NCBI RefSeq assembly: GCF_001194135.2
Contig: NC_068987.1
Span: forward strand, 85,169,261 to 85,207,993
DNA from: Octopus bimaculoides
Lineage: Eukaryota
Direction of reading: 5' to 3'
DNA length: 38,733 bases
A program made the position numbers and the translations under genes. Each line of letters begins with the position of its first letter. The stretch's first letter is position 1. A model generated the notes under the pieces. That model saw only the letters and a program-made list of their open reading frames with translations, did no database searches and was not told the DNA's origin. Positions 38,530 to 38,733 of this stretch are shown piece after piece.

Positions 38530-38669
38530 GTATCGGGTTATTAAGTTCACTAGCTAATCACTTACTCCAACGGCACTCTTTTTCTATATAGCTTATGTAT
38601 ATGAAACTGCAATCTTGTTCATTTAAAATTCTTAACACCAGAGTGCAGAGATGTACCCTCAAATGCCAT

Positions 38670-38733
<64 letters not shown>
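38482..38733. repeat. (AGAT)n (about 38482-38529) and terminal (CA)n (about 38674-38733)
   Basis: Read directly from the sequence. Confidence 0.95.

Overview
AT-rich, microsatellite-saturated animal genomic DNA with about 6.4 kb of N gaps. The repeat landscape (tRNA-derived SINEs among dense di-, tri- and tetranucleotide arrays) suggests an octopus or other coleoid cephalopod draft assembly; this is an inference. The only supportable protein-coding feature is the terminal exon (4009-4627, minus strand) of a heparan sulfate glucosamine 3-O-sulfotransferase of the HS3ST2/3/4/6 type. Its upstream coding exon is not visible, so 4628-38733 is probably one long intron, unless that exon is hidden in a gap. 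The presumed intron holds three tRNA-derived SINE families (called A, B and C here), the 3' end of an R4/Dong-like RLE LINE, a Helentron/HINE-like element and a solo mariner TIR. Decayed minimal hammerhead-ribozyme motifs of the Penelope/retrozyme type occur both in the intron and downstream of the stop codon. Almost all other ORFs in the track are microsatellite or N-gap artefacts. The best leads are a dispersed repeat that starts with a minimal hammerhead, a hairpin module shared by two SINE families, and interleaved inverted young SINE pairs that could form ADAR substrates. I see no convincing novel multi-gene system.
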